Assembly (NCBI GenBank): GCA_973851085.1
Contig: OZ316776.1
Coordinates: 11,346,001-11,410,000 of the forward strand
DNA length: 64,000 nt
Source: Ptychomitrium polyphyllum
Lineage: Eukaryota
Direction: 5' to 3'
Part shown: positions 11,601 through 24,706 of the stretch, one piece after another
Numbering within the stretch: position 1 is the stretch's first letter
Layout of the letters: each line of letters opens with the position of its first letter
Notes under the pieces: generated by a model
The model's database searches: none
The model's input: the letters and a program-made list of their open reading frames with translations, nothing else
What the model was told of the DNA's origin: nothing
Translations under genes and position numbers: made by a program

Positions 11601-13557
11601 TTTTAATCACATTCTAATTTTTTTTAGAACAACTTTACAAGCTAAGTTTCAATCTTTGAAGTTCTTATATTTTCATCATTGCAAAATATTCAAAAATATG
11701 CTTGAGTAGAAATAAAGTATTTAATAAATAATATTTAATAATCAACCATCAAATCTTTAAAGAATTGCAATAATTGAATTTAATCAAATTAAAAAATAAC
11801 AACAATTTGAGTCTTTCTTTGCATAACAAAAATAAATCATATAAAAAGCTATAGAAGATTTGATATTTTTTAAAAAAATTTGAATTTGAGTTAAAATTTT
11901 AAATTTTCACATGCTAGTCTTGTATTTAATACAATGGCAATTATTGCAAATATGAAGCCAAATTATGATTTTTTCATTCATTTTTTAATATTTTTTTTCT
12001 CGTGCCCAAATTTATTTTTAATAAAATTTAAAAATTATGATAAAAAATCAATATTACAAATAGTGCCAATATTAGAATGACTTGTCAACCAATTAATTTA
12101 TGAATTAGCCTTCAATATTTCTTTTGTTGTAAAAGGCCAATAAATAATAACATTATTTTCTTTGATTTCTTTACCTACATCTTGCAAATAAAATATAATA
12201 AAGCTAATATTCTTTATTTTCTTATATACCAAAGATATTATTCTTTTTTATCAAGCATATCCATAATGAAGCCTTCAACATATAATTTATTGAAGAATGT
12301 GAATGTATAGTACATTATTTTATTTTATTTGATTCATAACTTGCCATTAAAATCAAAATAAAGCTACCACATTTTATTTTATATTAAAATGAAGATGTTA
12401 TTTTAAGTGGCAAGTTTAATCAGAAGCTTTCAATTTTTTTTGAATCATTGAAAAGGGCCAATGAATAGAAATATCATCAACCTTGCACAAATAAGAGCTT
12501 TATATAGCATTGTTTTAAAAACAAAATCAATAAGTTTCATGGATATTTAAAATTCTACCAAAGTATTAATCTTGATTCTAAGTATTCAAATAAAAACTAC
12601 ATTCCATATTAGTATTTATTATCTAATAAAAAACAAATAAGGCTATATAAACTTGTAAAAAAATATGTTTGATTATATATTCATTGATGATTGTCAAAAA
12701 TAAGCTTCATTGATTCTTTTGAAGAATAAAACAAGAATTATTATAAGATTTTATAATTAAAAATTCTGCATGTAAAAAGACTACAATAGTAGCCATATGA
12801 TCCATATGATTATGGAACTTTAAAGAAAGTATCAAATATTAATATTTGTAATTATTACCATTATTAATTGAACAAAAAAAACGTCAATAATATGTCCATT
12901 GTTAGTAATTAAATTCCATATTATTTCTACATTGTGATGAATGCCATGCAAAGTAAATTAACAAGTCATCAATGAAGATGAATTCTTTAAACATTCTTTT
13001 TCCTTGCTAATTTTCTCTTCCAATCAGCAGAAAAAACAAACTTTGTGATTTTATTTCTTTCATCTTTGACCCTCATCCTTAAAATGTTCAAAGTTTTAGA
13101 AACTATGACATACTACATTACATTAATTATATGATATTTACATCTTCAATGAATATATTAAAATATTCTTCTAAGATAATTCCTACAAATAAGCATGTTT
13201 AAAGGCATAGCATGAATGCATGCTTATTTGTGGAGATTATTTTGAACAAGTGCTTTACCTAATATAACCAATTATAATTTAATAACAACTAGCATGTTTC
13301 AATGGAGCACAAAATCCAAAGTTATTTTTGTATCAACAAACATGACTATTCCTTGCTTTGTCATGAAGTTATTGACATTGTTTGGCTCCAACACGCAAAT
13401 CATATTAAACTAAATATAATACAAGAACTATTAATCTTAACTAGCCATTACGAAAATCCATTCAACAACTATAGAAAAACATGATTAAGATGCTTGAATT
13501 TTTCATTATAGGTGTGCCTTGTTGTATAAAGGCTCTAATTAGTATCAAGAATGGTAG

Positions 13558-13623
13558 TACCAAATGGTAGATAGTATGTCATAAAGAACTACCAAATGGT
13601 AGATAGTATGTCATAAAGAACTA
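13558..13623. repeat. Perfect 32-bp tandem duplication
   Basis: taccaaatggtagatagtatgtcataaagaac occurs twice in direct succession. Confidence 0.9.
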
Positions 13624-14440
13624 GATTGTTGTATGTTTTAATAACTTTGTTATGCAAGTTTATTAAGCCAGAAAAATAAGTTCAATTACATTTCCAATGC
13701 ACGTCAAGATTTCTCATTTGGCAATTTTAAGTCCATAGTGGCATAGTGGCTAATTCAGAGTACCTGAATTGTACTACTCTAAAAGGACGTATCCATATTT
13801 AGGAGCCACTCAACTTGTGCACTAGTACAAGGTGTAATCGTATGACACTTCTGAACAATGCTTACATTCCCATATATACAACAAGATTACAACTTGTACA
13901 GGTGCTCTGTATAACTTGAGCCTCGTAAAACCTCCTAGTCAATGTAGGAACTGTGAGCGTAGATATAACAAATAAGTGTACATACTGATCTCTACGTCCA
14001 GAGATGTACAGAAGCGTTTCTTGCATGATGTCGACGTGCAGTATTGGTAAACAGGACCATATAGCTCTAAATGTTCCATACACCTATTGTGTGGACAATT
14101 CTGAGGATATGGACTTCACAGATAGCAAGTGCAGACATTAAAAACTCACTACCTCTCTAAAGCGCGAGACAATTTCACTAGGTGGACACAAGAAACCGTG
14201 GAAATGCTTTGACTGGACGAAAAGGAATATGATGAATCGTTGTGGACTTTGTTAGTAGTTATAAATTACATTTTTTACAGTCGCTCTGGCAATAGATAGG
14301 AACACAGCAAAACCTGCAGATGTTTAGAGACCAGAGAGAAAGTAGTAACAAACCCAGAGGCAACGCCACATGGACCCCCACGGAAGTGAGCCTCCATTAC
14401 GTAACCTATAATACCTGGACTAGATCTAGCAGATGAGTCG

Positions 14441-17400
14441 TTAGCGACGCACGTTAAGGTCTTTTGAGACTTGGCCTTGCCACCTACACAAACACGTACT
14501 TGAATAAGCAAAAGAAAATACCAAAATGAGAATGCTACAGCTTTGATGTGTATAATAAAGCTGTAGCATCATATAGGACTAGTGGCAGGATGCTGCCTTA
14601 GAACGTGACCGTGTAAGAATGAAAGTGAAAGGGTTCGAGAACCAGAATGACAAAACAAACCTGTGAAGTAGGAATGAAGCTACTGGACTCAAACCCGGAT
14701 CATCAGCTTTGTCCCTCTGAAATCTTTGTCTTGCATTACCAGGAAATCCGTGTGAAGATGGAACAAATCCATCTTCATCATTGCCATTTTCTGACGATGA
14801 GAGCAACTGCCGTGCGAGGTTCTGCAATCCTTTCACAGGAGCTTCATCTTTCCTGAAAACAGGATCCAGTAGACCTGAGTATTAAACCACAGAAGTACTA
14901 GCGCTCCTCCATTTTCTGTATTATTTCTAAATGAATCGTGAAACGTGAACTTCTATGTCACCGAACTCGTGAATATCATTTATACAGTGATGAACATAAA
15001 TTTACATGAAAAACTAGATACACGGTCCATAAAAGGACTGATATGCATAGCTCAACGTGGACTCGATCAGGAATCTCTATGCTCTTATGAAGGACAGGAT
15101 AATATCTGGTTAATCTAGTACCTGGCTAATTGTCGTAGAAGTTTGCTGACAAGAACTTCACAAGCACCTGGCGCCAGCCGCTCTAAGTCCATCAAAGCAT
15201 CAGCTGCATCAGCTGCCGCTCTTAAAGCAGGCCCTTCCGATTGCTCAGCGGCAGTCTGCATATAGAGCTGTGATCAATCAAAAATGGGTTTCGCAGGACC
15301 ATACGAAGTTGACGGAGTCCACAACAGAAGGATACTGCACGGCCTATAAAATGATATCTAATCCCTAGGATATTTCACACCACTCGCCATTAAGATGCCG
15401 TTGCTCAGGCGTGCTGATGACACAACCAAACAGAGATGACCCGAGTTCTTTCAACATGGGTTTCATTACTATTCCAGATTCACCACTCCAAGGAGATTAA
15501 TTCAACTTGTATAGTTGACTCCTGCCTGCTCTCTTGGATTAGAATGTGTTTCAATCTACACTACAATTATATCTTCTCGCTGAGGTTGTCCTCTTGAGGT
15601 TGCACGCGAATTCACACACCGTAGCTAATACAATATAGAAAATGGAAGGACTCAAATTACAATTAGGAAGTTGTCGCATGATTTTTTCATTTCTATAAAG
15701 CCTGGAATAGAAGGACTAAGAGTTACCTCTTTAAGAGCAGGGATAAGAAGGAGGGTCAAGGCTGCAGATGCACCAGCTGCAGCTGCTCGAGCAACATCCT
15801 CCTCACTAGTTCGTCTACTTGTCCGCGGTGTTGCCTTGGGGGTCTCACGAGGAGACTCTCGAGGGTCACTACATTCACAACTCAAGAAGGTTAGACAAGC
15901 AAACACCATCCCCAACTGGCACAAATATTTCTAACCTGCTCCAACATCAAAATTGATACCTCAATGCTCAATCAATTATGCTTATGCGCTGCAAGAGAGA
16001 TATGAAGCCCAAAAACATAACAGCTCACACGATGAAGACAACCAGGGTCCAGAACCAACTTTAAATGCTCCTGTGAATCTCGACGTAATTTCACTGGCGC
16101 AGGGCCTCTAGGACCTCCTTTCCTCATTCCAGCCTGAAGAGCAGCTTTGGCCTGCAGAATTGTTAGGTTGCATTAATCTACAGGAACTTGATGTTTCTCC
16201 TCGTAGTATAAAATTCCTAAAGGTAAAGACATGAACACATGTGTGCAAAGGGTATTTTAAATATGAAGTACTAGACCAAAACTATGAGCCACTCATAAGT
16301 TGAAAGACATTGCCTCAACACCTTATAGGCAGGCAGCTTCATGTGGAGGATTTAAAAAATTTCCAGGAATCAGATTTGAATACAAGAGATAACAAATATG
16401 AACCTCAGCAAGATTGGTTGCACTATCTTCTCGAGGTTCTGGCTTAACCCTTGGAGTTCCCGGAATAGAGCCCCCCTCATCAGGTGTGCTGCTTCGCACT
16501 ATAGTGCCACTTAAAAAAATCTCTGTGGCCTCTTCACTTCGCGCACCTCCAGTTTTGTTAGCCTGGAAGTGAAAAATATTAGTTTCTGGTACCTGATTAA
16601 ACGATGATGCCAAGAGCGATTCAACAAACATAGAACTCACTAAGGATACAAGAGTTGATACTCTTGACGCAAAAGATCATGTTAAGAAGAGCATCCAGAG
16701 AAGATCAAGAAAGGATTTACCAGAGCAGTTGACAAAGACTTGAGAGAGGGCCGGTCTTGTGGAGACCTCGCCTTCACAGTGCTGCTGGTGCTCGCGTATG
16801 ACCCCTGCAAATAACAAAGCAGGACTTTGGGTTGGCTAACCGACTCTCATTACAACATAAAACTACAAGGAATTAAACAGTCCTACCATTTAATTTTGGT
16901 TGCCAAGCCAGTCGTTCCCTTTATATAGTGAAAAACAACTAGTTAAGATCAGTGATGTTCTGAATACAAGGTTTAAAACTATATAAAAAAAAATTAATTT
17001 CTTTTAAAAATAAATAAATAAATAATAAAAATTAAAAAAATTTAAAATTTTAAAATTTTTTTAAAAAAAAAACTAAATAATAAAAATGAAAAATATAAAA
17101 AGATTCGGTCTAACAGAATACATGCCTTCAATTCCTTTAGAAAATATGTGGCAATGAAGCATTGCCTGAGAAACTTACATGATCCCTCGGAGAATATAAA
17201 TCCACCTCTGATCCTTTTTGCAAACCAAAGCTGTTCCTACGAAGCCCGTTTGTATTCATATTGGCATCTCTAAGTCCGGCATCAATTTGGTAATCAAGTT
17301 CTACCTTGCTCAAAAGGCTGGGCAGTGCTTCACTACCTGGAGGTGTTTCATTCCCACTAGGTCTATCTTGGTCAGTATGTCCAAATAGTGACTTTGAACT

Positions 17401-20400
17401 GCTTCGGAGAGTACCAGTATTATTGATAGTGCCAGTCCCAAAGTCCCAACTTGCATCTCTGAGAGGTCTACGCCGAGAACTGCCATAAAACATTCATTAG
17501 GCTTCAGGAAATAGGTGGAATCTAAAGAAAAATCAGAAAACAACACCGCATGTGCAGATATCAACTCCACTAAACGTACGTTCTTACAAAATATATACAC
17601 TGAAAGTCGAGAATACTAACCAAAGAGTTATAGTATTGACAAGCTCACCTTGAGGGAGGATAGACACCATTGTCACTCTTCATTCCACCTTCCTTACTGT
17701 CAGTCTCGATCTCAAAGGCTTCAGATGGTCTGGGTGTGTCCTTGCTCTTACTAATATGTGACTTTGGTTTTTCTCTGCACCATCAGTCACATGTCTCAAA
17801 AGAGTGACAATCAAATGGCTAAATCAAATGGACAATGCCGGTGTCCATGTAGAAGGATGAAGAGTGCAATATAAGTTCAAAGAGTAGGAATAAAATAAGA
17901 GGCAACCAAGTGCTTTATATTCAACCCTAACCTTATCCTGTCTAGAAGTCTCGAGCTCTTTCGGGCATTCTTGACAAATCGGTGCCTCAAAAGCTCCTTT
18001 GCACTTGGCCTCTATAAAGTACACTAAGATATTAGGTGCACAATATTCTTTGCAGAGAACGAGCTCAAATCCGAACAGTGAAGGTAAACTTCGCAACTTG
18101 ATAACAATGGAGCATCACAGCTGTTCGCATTCATAACTTCCATCAAGCATAATACCTGAATTAAGACAATGTGACAATCTGACGACATTCTATTATAACC
18201 GGCTACACCTCATCCTAACTGCCCTCCTTACTTCCAAGTCTACCCAAATACATTTTCCACACTGTAGAGCTCTACATTTTATTCTCTCTGCTATAATCTG
18301 CATGTGGAAAATAGTATATTCCGATCTGGAACCCTCTCGATTTCCATACCTCTGCAGGATTCTTCTTGAGGCAGAAAGATACGAACTCTTTGAAGGGCCG
18401 CGAATAATGGTCATCCAGCTGCATTCCATAAGAGCGCAACTTCCACATTAGCCATCAAATACAATGACATTAGATTTGTAGTGGCGTAATAAACAAACGA
18501 TAAAATCTACTCAATACCTTGATACTAGGTATAAAAAGCACCAGAAAGAGATTTTCTATGCTTCACATTATCATTAAACTATATATAGTAGCCATAGTCT
18601 GCTAAACACATGATTCAAATCTTCCAGTCCCTTTTTGGCAGTTAAACAACGAGCACCAGCGCATCCTGGTTACCCTAACCTGTGGCGGGTTGTTCTTGGG
18701 AATAAGGAAAAGAACACGCATAGGGTGCAGGTCCGCATAAGGAGGCTCCCCTTTCGCCATCTCAATGGCAGTGATTCCCAGTGACCATACATCTGCCTGC
18801 AATGAAAAACATCCTGCTCTGAGCTATTGAACGAACAGATAAACAACTTCAAACGAGTTTGACGATTTCTGATCTTGTGAATGAAGAACAATAATAATAC
18901 CAATAACAATAATCCCAATAAGTTATTAATCCTCCCTTCAAAACTTTTCAACAATAGTGGCGGTAAACTGCAGCACTTCGCTAAGTCCAGACTGAAAAAC
19001 CCAGGACATGTACATTATGAATGTGCAACTTGAACCATCAACCTTCTGAGCATAACAACTAATTACCTTCTCATTATAACCATCTCCAGAATTCTGTATA
19101 ACCTCAGGAGCCATCCAGAATGGAGTTCCAACAAACGTCTACAGAACATATCCACCATCCAGTTAGACAAGTTTATTCCAATACAAAACAGCCAACACTG
19201 ATATAGAACATAACAGACTAGTGACAGGATTGAATGCTTCAAGTTGAGATAACGGTTATAGACTAGCATCATTTATACACATAAAGCTCAGGGTTGTAAT
19301 ATGCTGTGTACCAATCGTCTTTTCAAAAAGAAGCCACGTATGGTGGTAACGATAACAGACCTTGCGTTTGGACATCGTACGAGTCAGCTGGGCAGAAACT
19401 CCAAAGTCTGCAACCTGCACTACTACCCATCAGAAATGCCACTTATTTTATCACATGTCAAATGTGCATGCCTTATATCTGTGGCAGAATGAAGAGACTT
19501 ACCATTATCCCCAAGACAAAATAAACAGAATAGAAGATCCAATCAAGAAAGCAGAGATATGCTACTACATATTGTTAATGTGAGCTACGAAGGGATCTGA
19601 AAAGACGACACATTTGATCCAAAAGCATTTCCGCACCAATCTGCGATAGAAACCTTAGAAGCAATGGAAACTTACCTTAACGTCTCCATTAGCCGTAAGC
19701 AGTATATTAGCCGCTGTTTCAAAGAATTCCAGACGTACAACATCAGTAACTACAAAGAAGGTACTGTGAACATTGACATCACCACTAGATGGACGAGTGA
19801 AAGGGTTAAACAATAACAAATATAAATTTTCCATGTAAATAAGAAATTGTGAATGATAATCTCACACAAACGAACTAATTTCTAGAGTTGTTTAATCTGT
19901 CCATCGAGGTATGTGAACTCCATAGACTGTCCTGAGAAGTACATAAGTTAGGAAGCAGGGGAGCTCTCAAACAAAAGACAGCAATGCACCTTTAATATCA
20001 CGATGTATTTTTCCTTCTGAATGTAGGTAGTCAAGCGACAGTAGAAGCTCTCGTAAGATGCACGCAATGGAAACTTCGTCAAGTGGTGGTCCAGTCTCAA
20101 GCTACACGACAACAGCAATCAAAACCCTGTGAAATGCAGGTAAAGCAAACTAAAAAACAGCTATTCCTTTCTAATACTGTAATCAGATCAATTCGACACA
20201 ACACAATCTTAACAGAGTACCGTTCTAACTAATATGATACAAGGTGCGAAACTATCCAAGTTTTTCGATCATGCAAAAGCACCCGAGCACATTTCTTTAG
20301 GCAACAAGGAATGCCTCAAATAATGTTGTAAAACTCACCAAGTCAGATACAGAACCACCAGCCATATATTCCATGACGATCCATAATTTTGTCGATTGCA

Positions 20401-21772
20401 AGTACGAGCCATAATACTCCGTGATATGTGGTGAACGACACTGAGATAGCACAGAAATCTCCTGCAAAAAAAAAACACGTGCCCAATTAGCAACCAATAT
20501 GAAACATGAAGGATGTAGAAATTACATCCCAATGTTCTATAAAATAAACCCCTTCAAATCCGTACTACACTATCCTTCCAGACAGCCACAGGTCAAGACT
20601 GCAGCTCAAGTCGGAAAATTGGAGGTCAAAGCACCAACCTTCTGTATATCCTCAACTTCGTCTTCTCTGATCACAGGGAAAATTTGGACACCACGGCACG
20701 AAAATGTCAGGCTTCCTTTACCATAGATGCACTTTCCCTGCAGCGTTCTTGAGACTATACAGACACCCAATGACACTTACACATGTTTTTTTCCATCGTA
20801 CATAATAGATATACATGAAATCTCCAATTGAAACCAAATAGAGACCCTCCACTAGACGTTGTTATTGAAGGAAATTGTCACTTACGCTTCCTCCAAGTCG
20901 ATGACTTTAATTGCCACCTCCTTATTCAACTCCTTGTCGAATCTGCACGACCGCAGTTCCAAACTTCATATAACTACCAGGACGTACTATCAAAAGTTCA
21001 GAAAGAAACAGTATGCAATAAAATTCATATGTATAACCTCAAATGTAAATCGTGAACCTTAAACAGCAGGGTGGGTCTAGTGAGTATCACCAAACTTCGA
21101 ACGTATAGCTCGGTGATCACCTCTGGCTTCTCAATTTACACCTCACATAAACATAAAACTGACAAAATGCAATACGAGTCCTCACGCAGGACTGTCGCTC
21201 TTTGCTGATTGAGACGATCAGAGCGATATACGTATCGCTAGAGCATCATGCGTGCGTCTCTTCCGGAAACCACTTTGGCAGATTCCGTAGCAATTCCATT
21301 CAAACCTCAACTCCAAAAACGACTTGGACTAACAGATCAGATTCACACACCAACCGGCCGAAAACAATTTCACACCCAAACACATAGCAATTGACGCACT
21401 TGTCCACAACTGTACAACTCTTTAAAAACGGCATATTCAACTCTGTCCGGTCTGATCGAACGAAATCAATTCATGGAAAACCGACGAACGAAGCGAGGTG
21501 CAATGAAGATGGTCAAGTCAAGCACCCACATCTCACCATTCCCAAAATACCGCCGTGAACAACTCTAACAATCGCACGAAGCACAATTGCCATCCCGAAA
21601 TGCACAAAAAGCATAGAAAGCTAAGAAACTTGACACGCGATCGGCTACCTTACCCTCTGAACACATCGCCAAACGAGCCCTTCCCAATGAGCTTGAGATC
21701 CTGAAACCGAGCTCCCATGGCACTGTCCGGAGCTCCGTGACCCTCTTCCTCGCCATACTCGTCATCCTCCAT
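14441..21772 (-). CDS. STE20-family Ser/Thr kinase, GCK-III/MAP4K-alpha-like, about 20 coding exons
   Basis: Spliced translation begins [79 protein letters not shown] and continues ...IHRDIK|AANILL...[32 protein letters not shown]...[20 protein letters not shown]. It contains the STE20 signature GTPFWMAPE and ends [23 protein letters not shown] (last exon 14441-14483). The introns read were GT-AG. Confidence 0.95.
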
Positions 21773-24192
21773 CGCCGTAATGCGCCCCAGCTTCTCACCT
21801 CCACTCGCGCATCGTCACCACCATCCCACACTCACAAAACGACCTTGCACTGCAAAGCTCCCGCCACAGCGCCCTCGTTCCTCCCGCCTCCCCCCGCGGG
21901 GAACGCAAAGCCATCGCTGACGCTGCTCTGCTCTCCCCTGCCCTCTGCATCCCCCGTGGGAACCAAGGGAACAGCCCCCCCGCCCCGCCCCGCCCGTCCT
22001 CGCTCCGTGCCCTAACGCCCTGCCATCGCTGCAACCCTAACGCCCTGCTGCTGCAACGCCGCACTACTCTGCGCTGCGAGGCCCTCTACGCGACCGCTGG
22101 CGCTGCCGCCGCACCCCGCGCTGCCGGTCTGGTACCGGCGGACCCGGCGCAGCGCGCGACGCTGGCCGGGGTCGCTGCAGGGGCTCCGTGGACTTGGGGT
22201 TTGCCAGGGCTGCATCAGCGGTCGGCCGAGCTGGCTGCCTGCCTGGCACGCCCTGTTGCGCCTCCTCAAAATGTCGGCTCGATGTGCTCGTGCCGACAGC
22301 TTGTGCGTTGCGTTTCTTCAATGCCCGTGCCGAAGTCTGAACCGGATGAATGGTAGACGAACGGATGGACGAAAACGCTGGAGATGATTGGTGGATGCGT
22401 AGCGATGGACGCAAGTGGATGTATAAAGGATGATGGTGGATGAATATTGGACGATGAGGAATGAGTGGGGCCTTTTATAATTCTCCGCGCGAATGGGTCG
22501 TAAGCCACAGAATGGTTTAACGCCGAGCGTGAGGACGACACTTCAGAGAAAGAGTCAGTTTGTTGTACTCCCCAAGACTTTGTGGATAAGATATGATACA
22601 GTCATAAACTTCATAATTTTTCACAAAAAGTTCTGTGGTCTCCTATCTGGTCTGACTTTTCCGTTATTAGTTTGATACTTCCACAATTCCACGAATTCCC
22701 TTTGTCTGCCATTACAATGATTACAATGAAGCTGGCCTTAGTGTGGTTATAATGGGAAATGGTGATGATTCCAATCAACATCTAGTTAGAAAATTTCTTT
22801 CTTTTTTGTTCACTTTTTCTCAACGAAGAAGTTCTATAGAAAACATGTTTTACAGTGTTTTCGAAACTCCAAGTTCTAAATTTTCAAAGAACTTTGACTT
22901 CTACAATTTTAACAATTTCCAAGAGTTTCAAAGGTTGGGAGAAGATAGATAATATTAGTCATGACTACTTGGTTGAAATTTTTTGGATTTAAGAGTTACA
23001 ATGGTTGGAAGATTATTGTTCCATGCATTTCTACATATGGTTTAAGGTAAAAAGAAGCTTGTTCAAATTTAAACTTATTTTTTGCATATGAAATTAAAAT
23101 AAATTTTCATATTTTCAATGAATAACTTCATATCTTTTGGAACTAAAAAAAATAAAAAAATATGATAAAATAATTATTCCTATATTATTAATATTATATT
23201 GAAGTTTGAGTTTTTTTTACAATGTTTTGAACTAAGTTTGTAATTTGGAGATTTGGCTTTTAAATAAAAATACTTATTTTTAAAAAACTCATATCATATA
23301 TTGTGCATTTTATATACAAATTTTACAATTCATCTAAACCTTGCATTTTATGTGCATACAAGTGATATTTGAGTTATATTTGTATGTGCCTTCACAATTT
23401 TTATAAAAACTACATTAATATTGCTGTTTGAAAAATATTTTGAAAAATAAAATAAAATGTATATTAATGATATTAAAGCAATATCTTGTCCATAATCAAT
23501 TATTATTTTAAATTTATTGTAATACTTGTTTAAAAATTTAATTCCAATTTAAAAACATCTTATTATGGCTACAACCATCTTTTGCAATTAACAATGTATT
23601 TCAATGAGCAGTAATTTGTACAATTCTAAAATGCTTTCAAATAACTTCAAATTGCATCTATCAACTTCAAATGGCTTTTGATGAATTTCCACAACATTTA
23701 AAAAATTCAATTATTATTTAAAAACCTTTTAACAACATCCATTAATAATGATTTTTTTCAAGTTGACAATAATTTCAAACTATGCTCGTCTTGATTTATT
23801 TTTGGTTATAAAAGTATTGAAATAATTAAATGGTGTAATAAAAGAAAAAATCTTAATTTAGGTGGCTCATCTAATTACTATTGCAAATTTTCAATCTAAT
23901 ATTATTTCTAAATTCAAACTTAGAAAAAATAAAATAATGACAATATAAAATTATATTATTTAAACTACGCATTGTTGCCAATTGAAATATAGTTTTTTTC
24001 TTTACTATATATATATAAAACTTTCTTATTTCTCACTACGCATATTATTCTTTTATAATCATTCAAATACTTGCTATCATTGAAGAAAGACAATAATAAA
24101 CACTCATGCTCCATTATAAAGATTTAAAAGTCCTTTTCTACAAGATTACGTTAATATACACTTTAAAAGTGGTTGTTGATTTTAACCTTAAT

Positions 24193-24611
24193 TGTCACGG
24201 ACATATATATTAAAAGCACCTAGAAAGGTTCTTAGAAGGTTTACCAAGCTTCCAAAAAAGTTGTTTTGGCTTAAGAAGCTTCAAAGGAAGTTATCTCAGC
24301 TTAGAAAGCTTCCATGGAAGTCACGTTGGCTTAGAAAGCTTCCAAGGATGTAGCTGAAGGTTGCTTGAGTACAAAGCAATGTAGTTGAAACTTTCAAAGA
24401 AACTTTTAAGGCTTGTAGTTCTAGTATATATAGGTTTTGAAGCTGAAGAGATCATCAGTTTCAACAATCCATCTCTTGTGGTCTAGCTCAAACTTTCTGG
24501 TTTTGTCTTTGTACATTAATATAGCTCTTTATCTCTAATATACTTTGGACATATCTTGTTCCAAATTTTGAAATCTTGAAGCCTTATCTTGTAATTATTA
24601 TGTCCGTAAAA
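24193..24611 (+). mobile_element. Gypsy LTR (family A), plus orientation
   Basis: Starts tgtcacggacatatata, has internal agaagcttcc repeats and a TATA-like tagtatatatagg; it aligns with the reverse complement of 24707-25152. Confidence 0.8.
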
Positions 24612-24706
24612 ATTTGTTGAGATTGTCATATAACAATATTAGAGCTTGGTCTTTCTTGATAGAGAATAAAATACCTTTTTTTCTTGAAAGCACTACACAA
24701 CTCTAG

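Noticed and set aside
11400..13500. Very AT-rich block, possibly an old transposon (similar block at about 22900-24190)
   Set aside because: No diagnostic motif, terminus or TSD could be identified by eye.
21780..22541. Several overlapping ORFs in GC-rich DNA
   Set aside because: This is the GC-rich 5' UTR/promoter of the kinase gene, where stops are rare by composition.
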